Shown piece by piece: positions 25,809 to 37,700 of a stretch of DNA of 64,000 nucleotides. The stretch comes from a virus (Duplodnaviria > Caudoviricetes). The stretch is from positions 10,705-74,704 of the IMG/VR virus record IMGVR_UViG_2974644955_000001; one strand, written 5' to 3'. A program made the translations under genes and the position numbers. The notes beneath the pieces were generated by a model. The model searched no databases. It was not told the origin of the DNA and worked only from the letters and a program-made list of their open reading frames with translations. Numbering within the stretch: position 1 is the first letter of the stretch; every line of letters begins with the position of its first letter.

Positions 25809-26546
25809 ATGGGAACTGCAATCAACCCACACAGCCTGCTCATATGTGGTGAGTCAGGCGCAGGGAAATCTATGTCCCTGTACGAAATGAGAGACAGGAC
25901 TGATGTCCTGTACCTCAACTGTGAGGGCGGTAAACCACTGCCCTTCAAAAACAAATTCAAGAACAGGGTCATCACTGATCCTGAAGACATCATTCTGATG
26001 CTTGAATTTCTGGCAGATGAAGAGAACGACAACCCCTACAACTTCATCGTGATCGACACCATCAGCTTCATGATGGATATGTTCGAAACCATTCACGTTC
26101 TGCCAGCACGAGACACCCAGAAGATGTGGGGTCAGTACGCTCAATTCTTTAAGCGTCTGATCGCTGAGTCTTCGAAAGTCGATTCGTTCTTCATCATGCT
26201 CGGTCACTTGGACCGAGTGCTCGATGAGGAAGCTGGGATGTTTCGTACCAGTGTTCCCGTTAAGGGAGCGTTGGCGAAGAAAGGTCTGGAAGCCTACTTC
26301 ACCACAGTGATCAACGTCAGCAAGGAAACTGTACGGGATCTTCAGAAGACTCCCAATGACATGCTGAACGTCACTGAGGAAGATGAAGAGCTTGGTTTCA
26401 AGCACGTCTTCCAGACTCGAACCACCAAGAAGACACTTGGTGATCGTATCCGCTCTCCCATGGGGATGTGGAAAAGGGAAGAGTTGTTCATCGACAACGA
26501 TCTCGCCCCTGTCATCAAACGACTGATCGAATACTACGAAGACTGA
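25809..26546 (+). CDS. AAA-family ATPase (Sak4-like, N4 gp44-like)
   Basis: GESGAGKS, LNCEGGK, IVIDTISF, EAYFTTV. Confidence 0.85.
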   Translation: MGTAINPHSLLICGESGAGKSMSLYEMRDRTDVLYLNCEGGKPLPFKNKFKNRVITDPEDIILMLEFLADEENDNPYNFIVIDTISFMMDMFETIHVLPARDTQKMWGQYAQFFKRLIAESSKVDSFFIMLGHLDRVLDEEAGMFRTSVPVKGALAKKGLEAYFTTVINVSKETVRDLQKTPNDMLNVTEEDEELGFKHVFQTRTTKKTLGDRIRSPMGMWKREELFIDNDLAPVIKRLIEYYED

Positions 26547-26603
26547 CTCTGCTTTCGCGGTTTCGAACAGCCAATATCCTCATGAACAAAAAGGAATAAC
26601 ATC

Positions 26604-27419
26604 ATGGGAAACATTTTCGCTAACAAAAAACCCGCTGTCACAACTGAGGTCGAAGACGACTTCATTGGCGGCGGTGGCGTACTGTCCACGGATATCTATC
26701 CAGCGACAATCAAATACGCCTACGTCGGCAAAGCTCAGAACTCCGACGCCCGGAACCTGACTCTTTGTCTGAAGGTCAATGGTCTGGAGATCAATCGCCA
26801 GATCTGGATGACGAACCGGAACGGTGACGTGACCTACACCGACAAGAAAACCAAGGAAGAAAAGAACCTTCCTGGTTACAATCAGGTCAACGGCCTGTGC
26901 ATGTTGCTCGCATCGAAAGAAGTCGGTGACATGGACGTGGAAGAGAAGCAGCTTTCGCTCTACGACTACGAGTCGAAGAAAGAGATCCCACAAGCTGTGG
27001 ATTGCTTCGTCGAACTTCATGGTTTGAATCTGCAAGTCGCCATTCAGGAACAGACTGTGGACAAGACCGAGAAGAACGAAGCCTCTGGTGAGTATGAGCC
27101 AACAGGCGAAACTCGCAATGTCAACGAGTTCATCAAGTTCTTCCCTGAAGACAAACTCGTGACGATCTCCGAAGTGGCTCACTTCGTGAAAAGCCTTGGT
27201 GGTGACTTCGAAGAAGTTCTCCAGGGTGGCGACATCGGCAAAGCCATCTCCAAGATGGAAGAAGACGGTGCGTATGCAACCACATGGCTGGAGAAGAATC
27301 GTGGCAAAGCCTACGACCGCTCCACTGGCAAGAAAGAAGGTAAGTCCTTCGGTGGTGGCAAAGCTGCATCGGGTGGTGGATCCGAGAAGAAAGCCAAAGC
27401 GAGCCTGTTTGACGATTGA
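26604..27419 (+). CDS. ssb: Single-stranded DNA-binding protein (N4 SSB-like)
   Basis: Synteny after the AAA ATPase; DIYPATIKYAY, IWMTNRNG, NLPGYNQV; C-terminal SLFDD. Confidence 0.85.
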   Translation: MGNIFANKKPAVTTEVEDDFIGGGGVLSTDIYPATIKYAYVGKAQNSDARNLTLCLKVNGLEINRQIWMTNRNGDVTYTDKKTKEEKNLPGYNQVNGLCMLLASKEVGDMDVEEKQLSLYDYESKKEIPQAVDCFVELHGLNLQVAIQEQTVDKTEKNEASGEYEPTGETRNVNEFIKFFPEDKLVTISEVAHFVKSLGGDFEEVLQGGDIGKAISKMEEDGAYATTWLEKNRGKAYDRSTGKKEGKSFGGGKAASGGGSEKKAKASLFDD

Positions 27420-28354
27420 TACCGTCAGACTTTGAAGAGATCTTCGGTAGGGTGAGGGATTCGTACAGTGTGCGGATCCCCACCTACGTTAACGTTTCCA
27501 AGAAAACTCAGAAAGCAGTGAACCTTAACGTTTACCGGAATCTCCATCACCATCATCTCAATACACAAAAGAAAAACTTCGCAGATGAGGTGACGCCATT
27601 ACTTCGGGACAAGCCACAGGCAGAACAGATCTGGATCCACTACACAGTATTTGCCCCAAGTAATCGCAGACTCGACACCATGAATGTCGGATCTATCGCT
27701 GATAAGTATTTCAGTGACACGATGGTGGAGGCGGGAAAAATACCAGACGATAACCAAGAACATATTGTGTTATCGACTTTTTCCTTTGGTGGTTTGTCCA
27801 AGATGGACGGCCATGCAATTGCAACAGTCCACATTCTGGACACAAAGAAAGAGAAGGAGCCAGAGAACATGCGTATCTTGCTCGACCAAGACGACATCCA
27901 GAACGCTCTCAATGCCTACGCAAAGAGCCTTCAGCTTCCCAATGCTGAGAATGCAGAAGTTGAACTCTCCATAGAAGACGATGAGATCGTTGCTGAAGTC
28001 ATCCTGGGCCAAGCCCCAGTGAAAAACAAGGGCGGACGACCCCGGAAGACAACCCGGAAAACTGCTCCTAAGAAGGAGGAGGTTGCCGATGATCCTGAAG
28101 AGTCTGCTGATGGCAGTGACGAAGGAAGTGGCACTGACTCTGATTCAGGAAGCAGTGACACAGCAGAGGCAGACGCTGAAGCAGGAGAGAAAACAACTGC
28201 TCCAGCCGAAGGGAAAACCAAAAAGGGAAACCTTTTCGGGGACGAGGAAAGCCCATCCTCGGACTCAGCGGAGAAGACTGAAGATAGTCCCTCCAAAGGG
28301 GCAACCAAAGTTGTGAAGCCTGCGAAGAAGTCGAGCATCTTCGATGTTGACTAA
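27416..28354 (+). CDS. RusA-like Holliday junction resolvase domain fused in frame to an acidic C-terminal protein
   Basis: NLNVYRN, RRLDTMNV, KYFSDTMVEAGKIPDDN RusA-like catalytic Asp pattern; internal RBS+ATG at 27869. Confidence 0.7.
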   Translation: MIPSDFEEIFGRVRDSYSVRIPTYVNVSKKTQKAVNLNVYRNLHHHHLNTQKKNFADEVTPLLRDKPQAEQIWIHYTVFAPSNRRLDTMNVGSIADKYFSDTMVEAGKIPDDNQEHIVLSTFSFGGLSKMDGHAIATVHILDTKKEKEPENMRILLDQDDIQNALNAYAKSLQLPNAENAEVELSIEDDEIVAEVILGQAPVKNKGGRPRKTTRKTAPKKEEVADDPEESADGSDEGSGTDSDSGSSDTAEADAEAGEKTTAPAEGKTKKGNLFGDEESPSSDSAEKTEDSPSKGATKVVKPAKKSSIFDVD

Positions 28355-28544
28355 ACTCAAAGGGTTCATCGCTGGAGTAGCAGGTGTCATGGTTTTATTC
28401 ATGACCCTGCTCATCCTCGCAATCATTGGAGTAGCCATTGCATTCATTGGCTATTTCGCACTGCTTGGTTTCATTGGAATCGTAGCAGCTTTCTTCATCT
28501 ACTTCCTCATTTACGAGGCTGTCAGAGAGTGGAAAGGGAATTGA
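28344..28544 (+). CDS. Small membrane protein (66 aa)
   Basis: Almost entirely hydrophobic, with about two TM segments. Confidence 0.75.
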   Translation: MLTKLKGFIAGVAGVMVLFMTLLILAIIGVAIAFIGYFALLGFIGIVAAFFIYFLIYEAVREWKGN

Positions 28545-28546
28545 TT

Positions 28547-28678
28547 TGCTTTGTGTGGCAGCAAAGGAAATCCTTGGCCACCCGGTTGGTACTTACCAAA
28601 TTCCGGCGTTAAAGAGGTTCGACGATAGAGGAACCAAAACGGCATCACAGAGTAGGTCGAAGGCACTAAGCCAGTGTC
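28547..28678. ncRNA. Candidate multi-helix structured RNA in the convergent intergenic gap
   Basis: 9-bp closing helix enclosing three abutting hairpins, a fifth hairpin and pseudoknot potential (see findings). Confidence 0.55.
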
Positions 28679-28700
28679 ATCCTGTGTGGGGCGTAGAGAA

Positions 28701-28721
28701 GGCAGGGGTAGCTCCCCTGCC
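28701..28721. terminator. GC-rich hairpin at the convergence point, probable terminator
   Basis: GGCAGGGG-TAGCT-CCCCTGCC just beyond the vRNAP stop; no clean U tract on either strand. Confidence 0.55.
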
Positions 28722-28728
28722 TCCCCCA

Positions 28729-31700
28729 TCAATCTAGCATCAGGTTGTACCATGGGTTCAGTTCTGGTGCTGCAAACAGCATTTCCATACCCGTAGCATA
28801 ATCCAACCGTCCCTCGATCATGACCTGGAAGATGTTATCCTGGATCGGAGATCCGATATCAGGAAGCATCATGTTCAGAGCCAGTGACCGAACTGGGTTC
28901 TCCCGGATCTGCTTCATTGCGATCTTCGCAATACGCAGTTTGAAGGACGGGAACCACAGAAGACCCATACGTTCCAGATAGGATCGTGTCCGACCCGGAG
29001 CAGGAGTGAAGTTCACGAACTCTTCGTTCATCCGGGTAATAGCCTGCGACTCGCTAACTCCCTGTTTGATCAGGTGGTCGTAGTAGATAGACTTAGCCAA
29101 GAAGTCACCATACTGAGTTGCCCTGTTGGCAGCCTTGTACATATCGGTGGACTTCGAAACCATCCCAATCTTCACAATACCACCACCCACAGGCAGCTTG
29201 TCAGCGAGTTTCTCCATGTACTCAGCCAGCTTACCAGATGTGATTGCCACATCCAGGTCAGTGATACCCTCAGACAGTTGCTTGTAGGCACCAGCTTCGA
29301 TCATAGGAGCAATCGTCATACGCTTGTTCAGATCTTCGATCACTCGGATCTTGTCTTCAATCACAGTCCGACGCTGTTGGTTGTTACCAGCAAGCAGCAA
29401 CTGAGCCTGAAGCTCTTTGATCTTCACTTCGTTGTTGTTGTACTCTTCGATCTCAGCCAGCTTCGAACGGAAATCCTTCACCATGGTTTTGTGAGGGACA
29501 CCAGCATTCATCAACTGGATAGCGTTCGAACGCATGTTCATGGCAGGAACGATCAGAGAGCGAACCACAATGATATCCTTGGCCGTGGCTACGATCCCCT
29601 GGAAGCCTTCCTCACCAGCACTGAGCCACCGCATAGCACTACGTCCCAGGAGACGCTCTGTGCTCACACGCACGGCTTTCTGGACCTGATCAGGCATACG
29701 AGACTTCCCATTCCACATATCAGTGATGGAAGCCTCACGATAACCTACAGACAGATTGATCATGGCCCGAGGGATCATGACACCATCAGAACCGAAGATG
29801 TTCTCCAGATAAACCTTGGTGGTTTGTGGAACCAAAGACCAAGTATCCTTGTGGATAGGATCCTCAGACTCTTTGAAGTCAACGAACGTGCTCTCAGATC
29901 CACGCTCACGCTGATCCCAGACCTTCTTCAGTTCATCTGCCAGAGTCTTGTTGTATTCAGCAGCAAGGCTTTCTTCCACCTGACGACCAGCCCAAGCACC
30001 CATCATGACTGCAAGGTTCTCTTCACGACCAGAGTGCAGATCCATCACATCCTTGGAGACAGACAGTTCAAAGCCCTGGATGGAACCATCTTCAGCATGG
30101 ACAGGCATGACGTTTTCTTGATCATTTTCGACCGTAGTTGATTCACGAAGCTGATCGTTCACCAGACCGGGGACCAGACCATCCTCATTCGAGATGTATC
30201 CAGCAGTGTTCCCAGTGACGCTGAGACCGTTGCTTGTGTCCACACCACGATAGGTATTGGCCACGTTCTGGAGAGCACCCTGTGTATAGGCACCCTGACG
30301 ACGAACGTTGGAGATGTAATAGGATTTCGGGAACACCGAAGATGCGTCACCTGTATAGGCTCCCAGCTTCTTGTACCCTTTCCGGTTCATCTCACGCTCA
30401 GACTCATCCAGTTCCACAACGATCTGGAGGTTTTTGCCACCTTCATTGGGGATATACCCCTTCCAAGCATTCAGACGTGCTTGGTTCGAAGGCTCTTTGG
30501 CTTCTTCCTGTTCGCTCAACTGTTGCAGATATGTCACAATAGCAACGATTGCATTGGGATCGTTCTGCCAAAGCTGAACCACATCCTCACGAGTGGATGG
30601 ATCCATGACATCAATTGCCTTGATCGAGATCCAACGATCCAGAAGACCTTCCACTTCAGCAGGAATCGAACCTTCCAGACCATTCATAATGGCATAGGCA
30701 TTCCGCATCAGCATCTTGCCAACGATACCGTTGGACATGAAGTTTGCCAGTTGCTCACCCTTCTGGATAGCAGCATCAGCATTCGACTGGTTCAGCTTGG
30801 TCCGGATTTCGTTCTCGATGTTGTTCAGCATTGTCTGACGAGTCGAGCGTTCTTCCATCACCTTCATGGAGTTCTGCATGTTGTTCACATCCAGCACTGA
30901 ATAGACATCAGTCTTGGCCAGAGTGTTGAACATGGACTTCCACTGTTCCTTCGAAGGAGGAGTCTGGAACACACGCTCCAGGATACCAGGAAGATCCTCA
31001 CGGAAAGCCTGACGCATACCAGCGATACCTGCGTTGATCTTATCCAGGAGAGCAGTGATACGCTCATTCTGACGATCTGTACCCACCATCTCAGTGACCA
31101 GTTCCTGGAATGGAATCAAGACCTTCCATCCTTCAAACTGGTTCACGAACCGTTTCGAGGCTTCACCTGTCAGTGCAGCACCCTCACGAGAGAGAAGGTT
31201 TGTACCAGCCACAGTCACTGTACCCATCAACAGCTTCACAGCAGTGTTGCGAGTCGAGGCTTGAACATCAGCGTTCTTCTCACGCATCATGCCAGAGACG
31301 CTGGAGAATGCCCCAGACACATAGTTGTCTGCATTCTCCAGATTGGTCGTGATGTGAGACAGAACCCGATACTCTTCGTTCACGTCGTGATCGACGATAG
31401 TAGCAGCAATCAGATCCAGAACCTCTTTCGGTGGCTTCGTGTCAGCGTCCAGAGAAGCAGTGAGCTTCTGCATGGTGAATGCTGTCATCTTCTGCATGAA
31501 TGCAGGCAGAGTGCCTTGGATCGAGTTGTCCCCAGTCGGTTGAGGGATCTGCTCCATCACAGCTTTCATCCGAGTGGATGTCTGGCTCAAACCAAAGAGA
31601 ACAGCAACAGCGTGTCCAGGTGTTGCATCTTTGTCACTCAGAGTGTTCACCACAGCAGAGTAGATGTTGTTGGCTTCAGTACCTTCACCGAACATCTGAG

Positions 31701-34700
31701 GATCCAGATTGTCCAAGATATGCTGGAAGACACGAGTCAACTGGATCCGAGATTGAGGAGTCAGTTTCATCTCAGACAGCATGATACCGTAGATCGCTTT
31801 GAAGGTAGCCTGATCCCGTGTGTTGTGCAGCAGTCCAGCCTGACGCAGATCGTCGATCACCCGTTGGGCGTTGGCCAGTTCCAGAGAGGTACGCTGCACC
31901 TGCTCATCGGAAGCCTTATCAGCAATCCAGTCACGGAGAGTGTTGATCCAGTAGTTGGTGAAGTTGTGGAATGGATCATCCGTCTGAGGAGGACCACCGT
32001 TACCACCACCATCTCCATTGTTTCCACCACCGGAAACAATAACTCCACCACCCCCGGTTCCACCATCATTGTCTCCAAATAGGACACGAGTGTTGAAGAC
32101 CGTGTGGCTGAACATATCCTGACGAACACCACCCATGATCCGACGCATCAGTTTAACCACTGCATCAGAGATCTTCTTCAGGATGTTGGCCTGCTCATTT
32201 TCCAGGGTACGACGTACACCCTGATTGGACAGAGCATATGCCATGAATTCATTGATCGCAGATGCCTTGTCCTGGGGCTTACCTTTGACAAAGCGACGGT
32301 TCATCACAGACTGAGCACGCAGCACAGCCTTGTTATCGGATTCAATCTCGACGAACTGGCGAGCAAGATCTTCCAGACGCTCCACAGCAGGGTTCTTCTT
32401 CCCTTCGTAGTGCTCCAGCACTTTCCCATATGTGGCAGCATGAACCATCTCATGAAGGATAGTCTCGTTGCTCTTTGTGGTGATGTAGATGATGTCGTTC
32501 TTCGCATCATACGTCCCACGAGCACGCAGAACAGACCCATCATCAGGCATGTTCTCCCACTTCCATTGGTTCAATTGATCCAGAGTTCCGAAGATCACAC
32601 GAGTATCACCCAGCAGTGGCTTGAGGATATCCACTGTCTGCTTTTCATTCTGTGTCCATTTGGTCACTTTCAGAACGGTACGAGCATCAGAAACTGTGAC
32701 TGGGGTTTTTGTCTCAGCCCGGTCATTGATGTTGGATCCAGGATCTTTCATCTCCAGTTCGATACGTGCATTGGTTTCCGTCCGGTTCCATTCAGAACCA
32801 TCTTCAGAGAAACCAATTCCACCACCACCCATCTGATCGACAGACTTCTGCATCTGAGCAATGATCTTCTTCCGAGCCTTGTTCTCTTTGTAACGCTCTT
32901 TCAGTTGCTCATGCAGTTCTTTCCAGTTGGCAGCCACAACGGTTTTCTTCTTGAAGTTGCCCAGCACATCAGCCGCAGCAGCTTCAAAAGTTGCTGGATC
33001 ATCAACACGTTCCAGGAAAGACTCAAAGTTCTGAAGAGCCATGCCCAAGACATCACGCTTCCAGGATTTGTTCACAGCTTCGTTGATCTGAGGGCTGTAA
33101 TCCCGGATCTTCGTAACAGGCACGTCAAGGCCGTCAAAGACCCCTAAAACGTCTTCAGGGGCATTATCTGACCCAAAGAAGAAATTCATCATCATCGCAT
33201 CACCAGAACCAATGACCATGAATGGCAGGGCTTTCACACCGATATCATCAGGCAGAGGCATACGAGCCGGAGTCCGGATTCCTTCGTCCATGTTCGACGA
33301 CACACGCATGTCAGTCAGCTTCTTATCGAAGCCACCAATTGCCAGAGTCTGATCATCTGACCGGAAGATCGGAGTCAGTTGGTACATCTCTTTCTGGATC
33401 CGCTCAAACGTTGCACGAGGCAATTGAGCAGGACTACGGACACCAGCTTCCTTTACAGCGTCAGCGATGGCCTTGTCATACATCCGTTGGACATAAGCGT
33501 TCTGCATGTTGGTGACGAGCACCAGCATATCATTCAGTTGCTCGATACGAGGTCCAAGAACCTCACGAGTTGCATCAGTCAAAGCCTGACCAATGGTAAA
33601 CTGCACAGCAGTTTTGAACTTGTTCACCTGATCAATCGGGAACACGAAGTTCTTGTCTGGATTCTTTGGCAGAAACAGACCCATGTTGGCCATGTCTTCC
33701 CGGATCTCAGGGTAGAAATACTCTTCATAGGATTGGTTCTCACCCATCCCTTGAGCCTTCTCATAGAAGTCCAGCAGCATGTCCCCAGCAACACCAGAAG
33801 CCACACCTTGGACACCAGAACCATAGTTGACCTTGGTCATCGGGTTCTTGGCAGAACTACGGGTCATCCGGTATTCGATAGATCCATCAGGAGTTTCGAC
33901 CCTTTCACTCTCAGAGAATGCCCATGCCAGACGTTTGGCAGCAGCACGTTGCTTCCGTTGCCATGGTTTCAGATCCGTACCAGCGGCAGCCAGAAGGTCA
34001 TCAGTCCGTTGAGCCACTTGCTCATAGAGGTCAGTGGTTTGCTTTGAACCAAAATAATCATTCACTGTCCGACCGATCTTCCCAAGGAAGAGACCGATAC
34101 GGTTGAAGTTTTCCCACTCTTCAGCAGCAATCAAACCATGGCCAAAGTTCACCATCATGTTTGCAGCACCGTTGGTCAAACCATCAAGCTCAAAGCTCAG
34201 AGATGTCTCAAAGGAAGTTTCACCACTTTCCAGAGCCAACTCCATAGATGCCATAGCTTCAATGGCCCCAAGCACAGCAGGGTCATCAGACTGGAGAGCC
34301 TCAATGTAGGTATCCACATCGACCTCACCCCCAGTGAGGATCGCCTTGGTCATGTCCACAGCAGGACGGAACTTCGCTTCAAAGGCTTCTTTCACCTCAG
34401 AAAGAACCTCTGTCTCATTCCGCTTCTCGACTTTGAACAGACCAGAAGCCTGTGCAATCCCCAACCAGAAACCATCCATATCAGCCTTGTCATTCGTATC
34501 GACAGTGCTCCACGTAGGAGATGCAAAGAAACGAAGGAGTTTATTGGCTTGAGGGTTCGGACCCTGATACTGGTGACGACCTACTTTCGTGATCCCGACC
34601 GGGTAGTAGATCAGAGCCTGGATGTTATCACCCAGAGCAGACATGATCTCATTCACCTCAATGATGTTCAGACGGACTGTGGCATTCTTGCCCAGTGCAG

Positions 34701-37700
34701 ACTTCCGAAGGATAGGATGTGCAATCGTCGTAGCATCAGGAACGAAACCAAGCCACTTCTCCAGACCATCTTCACCCAGTGCTCCGAGAATCGTACCCCG
34801 GTTCACATTTGCACGGTGGCCAGTATCCTGCATCTTCTTCACAGCTTTGGTGATCAACGAGGACAAACGTACATCAGACCGTTCCCCTTTGACTGGGACA
34901 GTCTTGATCTTCTCACCAATCGAATAGGTTGCACGCACGTCGTTGAAGATCGACTCACGAGCAGTGTTTGTGACACGTTCACCACCTGCGTTGCGGATAC
35001 GCTGTTGCAGTGTGGTAAGTTTGTCACCAGTGACTGTGATCGTCAGAGCCTCATCAGCATTCGGAGGAGTGATCTCAACAGATCCACCCAGTCCTGCACT
35101 GACCGAAGTTGCACCACTCAGTTTGATCTTATCAACAGAGACGATATCCATCTCATCCATGATCGTGATCATCTCAGCAGCAAAACCTTGAGCCAGACCT
35201 TCCAGTTCATTGACTGGACGATCCTTGTTCTCAGAGCGGTTCATGAGACGCATGAAGTCAGATGCCAATTGGTCTTTGACCTGTGATGCAGGAAGACCAT
35301 TCAGGATCGCTTGTAGGCTGGACTCTTCCACATCGTTCATGGTCAGACCACGATCTTCGAGGGTGTCATCCAACTTACGAGGATCAATAGCAGCAGCAGA
35401 TGTGATGAAGTCCACGATAGCAATCGTAGCCATTTCAATCACTTGGTTATCATATGCCTGAGTTTCAGGGTTCATCAGAGCAATCATCTTGAATTGCTTG
35501 AAGAATTTCCCTGACAGGAAGTGTTCAGCAAAGGTAGCTACCTTGCCAGAGTTCTTCACTTTCCGCTGAAGACGGGCATTCAATCGACGACCGATCTCAG
35601 CTTTCAGTTCCCTGGCGACAGTGATGTGTTCCTGGTTCATGCCTTCACGGGCAGCCAGATCATCAATCCCTTTGACTGGAGCTTCCCCACCCTTGGTAGG
35701 GAAGTTCTCATCAGCAGCCGGACTTACTTGGGCTTCTTCAGGGGTTCCATCTCCTGGCTCTTCGGTGGTGCTTGGAACGTCGATGGCGTCACCTTCGCTG
35801 ACTTCGGTGCTTTCAGCGGGAGTTCCAACTGTATCTCTTTCCCTTGGGCCATAGACTTCCTCCATCAATTCCTTGGCTTTGTTCATACCATCCATCAAGG
35901 ATGGATCTTTCGAGAACCACAATTCACTGATGATTGCGAAGATCTCTCGACGACGTTGTGTATCACTATCCTGACCAACCGCATAGTCATAACGACCACG
36001 TACCCAGTCACCACGATCTTTCAGCAGTTCAAATTCAGCAGTGATGGCTCCATCCTGATCGAAGGAGACACGAGAAGAGATCTCACGATCTACATCACCA
36101 AAGGATTTCTCAGAGAAATCAATGATGTGTGCCATTTCGTGAATGACCACAGCTTTACCGAGACGAGTCAGTTCCTGCTTCTCTGCATCCCAGAGTTCAT
36201 CACTCAGGAAGATCTGGTTCGATTCATCATCGGCCATACCAGCATCATTCATGACTTCAGCAGGGTACATGACAATACCCTTCTCACGACGGGCCAGCTT
36301 GTTCCCGAAGTATTCCTTGATCAAAGAGCGAGCAGCACGACGGAAAGCAGTCTTCTGTTCATCCAGACGTTTACGTGGACCTTCAGGCCACATCTCAGGA
36401 GTTGTCAGAAGTTCATATACCTTTTGATACTCCTGCTCATCGGATGAAGATTCACCTCCCTCTTCATTTCCCTCCTCGGGTTCTGACTCGCTACGCTCAT
36501 CAGAAGCCTCGTCGCTCAATTCATCACTCCGTGATTCTCCATCCTCTTCGACAGCCGTTGGTTGATCAATGTCCTGTTGCAAAATTGTCACACCAGAAGC
36601 GTCACGTTTCACAACCATGATCTCTCCGTCGAGACCTCGGACAATGGCACCATCATAGCCACCCTGAACCATCAAACCATTGAGATCTTTCTGGTTGTTG
36701 ATCCAGAATTGATCTGGTCTCTGGCCAGGAACATCAATCTCCATAGGCTTTTGAAGATCTACAGCGACCTCTTTCACATGAGGATCGTTGCCACCTTTGA
36801 GGTTTGAAAGTTTGGCGTAATCACGAGCCAACTCAAGACTGTTCGTGAAGAACAGACCTGATTTGTCTTTCAAATTCTTACCTACTTTTCTGACATCAAA
36901 CTGCTCAAACCGACTTCCTGTACCGTGATACAGTTGCATCAGTTGTGGTTCACCAGCAGTCAGAGTAGCCCCTTCAGGAACATTGAAGTTATCTGGTAGT
37001 TCATCTGTACGGTCATTCAGGATCTCATTCAGAGTATCCAGATCTTCTTGACGTTCAGCCAACAGCTTCTCAAACTTCTGGATCGGACCTGTTTCAGTTC
37101 CAGGGTTCCGTGTCTCACGGGCAATCAATCGGTTCAGACGCTTACGAGCTTCTGCCACCTGCTTCTCAGCAAATGTGATCTGATCTGCCAGAGCTTCATC
37201 AGAGATGTTCTCATATGCCTTCTTACGTCGTGAGGCTTGGGTATCCTCCTCGACCTCGGTTGCCCCCTCGGTCTCGTCGATAGCCGTTGGGGTTTCTGTC
37301 TGTTCTTGTGTTTGTGGGTTTTGCTCGTCGGTTTCCTGGCCGGAAACCTCCTCGATACCCGTTGGTTTCGGGTCAGGCTTCGCCACCTCGATGTTTTCCA
37401 TCGGCTTCGCATCAGCATCAAAGAACTCAGGGAATTCCTGAAGCAGAAGATTATACGTATCAATCAATGCGTTAGCATCCTGCTCGACTTGCAGAGCCAA
37501 GGCAGCAGACTTCTCATTGGTTGGGGAATACCACACACCTTTGATCGAAGTCTTGTTCCCCTCAGTGGTACGCAGTTCACCATTCATCAGAGCTTGGAAA
37601 TCAACCGTAGGAGCCACAACATTCCCACTCTCAGTGGTTACGTTATTGGCAGCCGACTCATTCAGAGCAGTGACTTTGTTCACCATGTGCTGGGCAAAGT

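Noticed and set aside
28546-28737. 63-aa ORF-track entry in the convergent gap; tmRNA or hammerhead identity for the same region
   Set aside because: TTG start without RBS, overlapping dense secondary structure; no tRNA-like tmRNA ends and no CUGANGA/GAAA core
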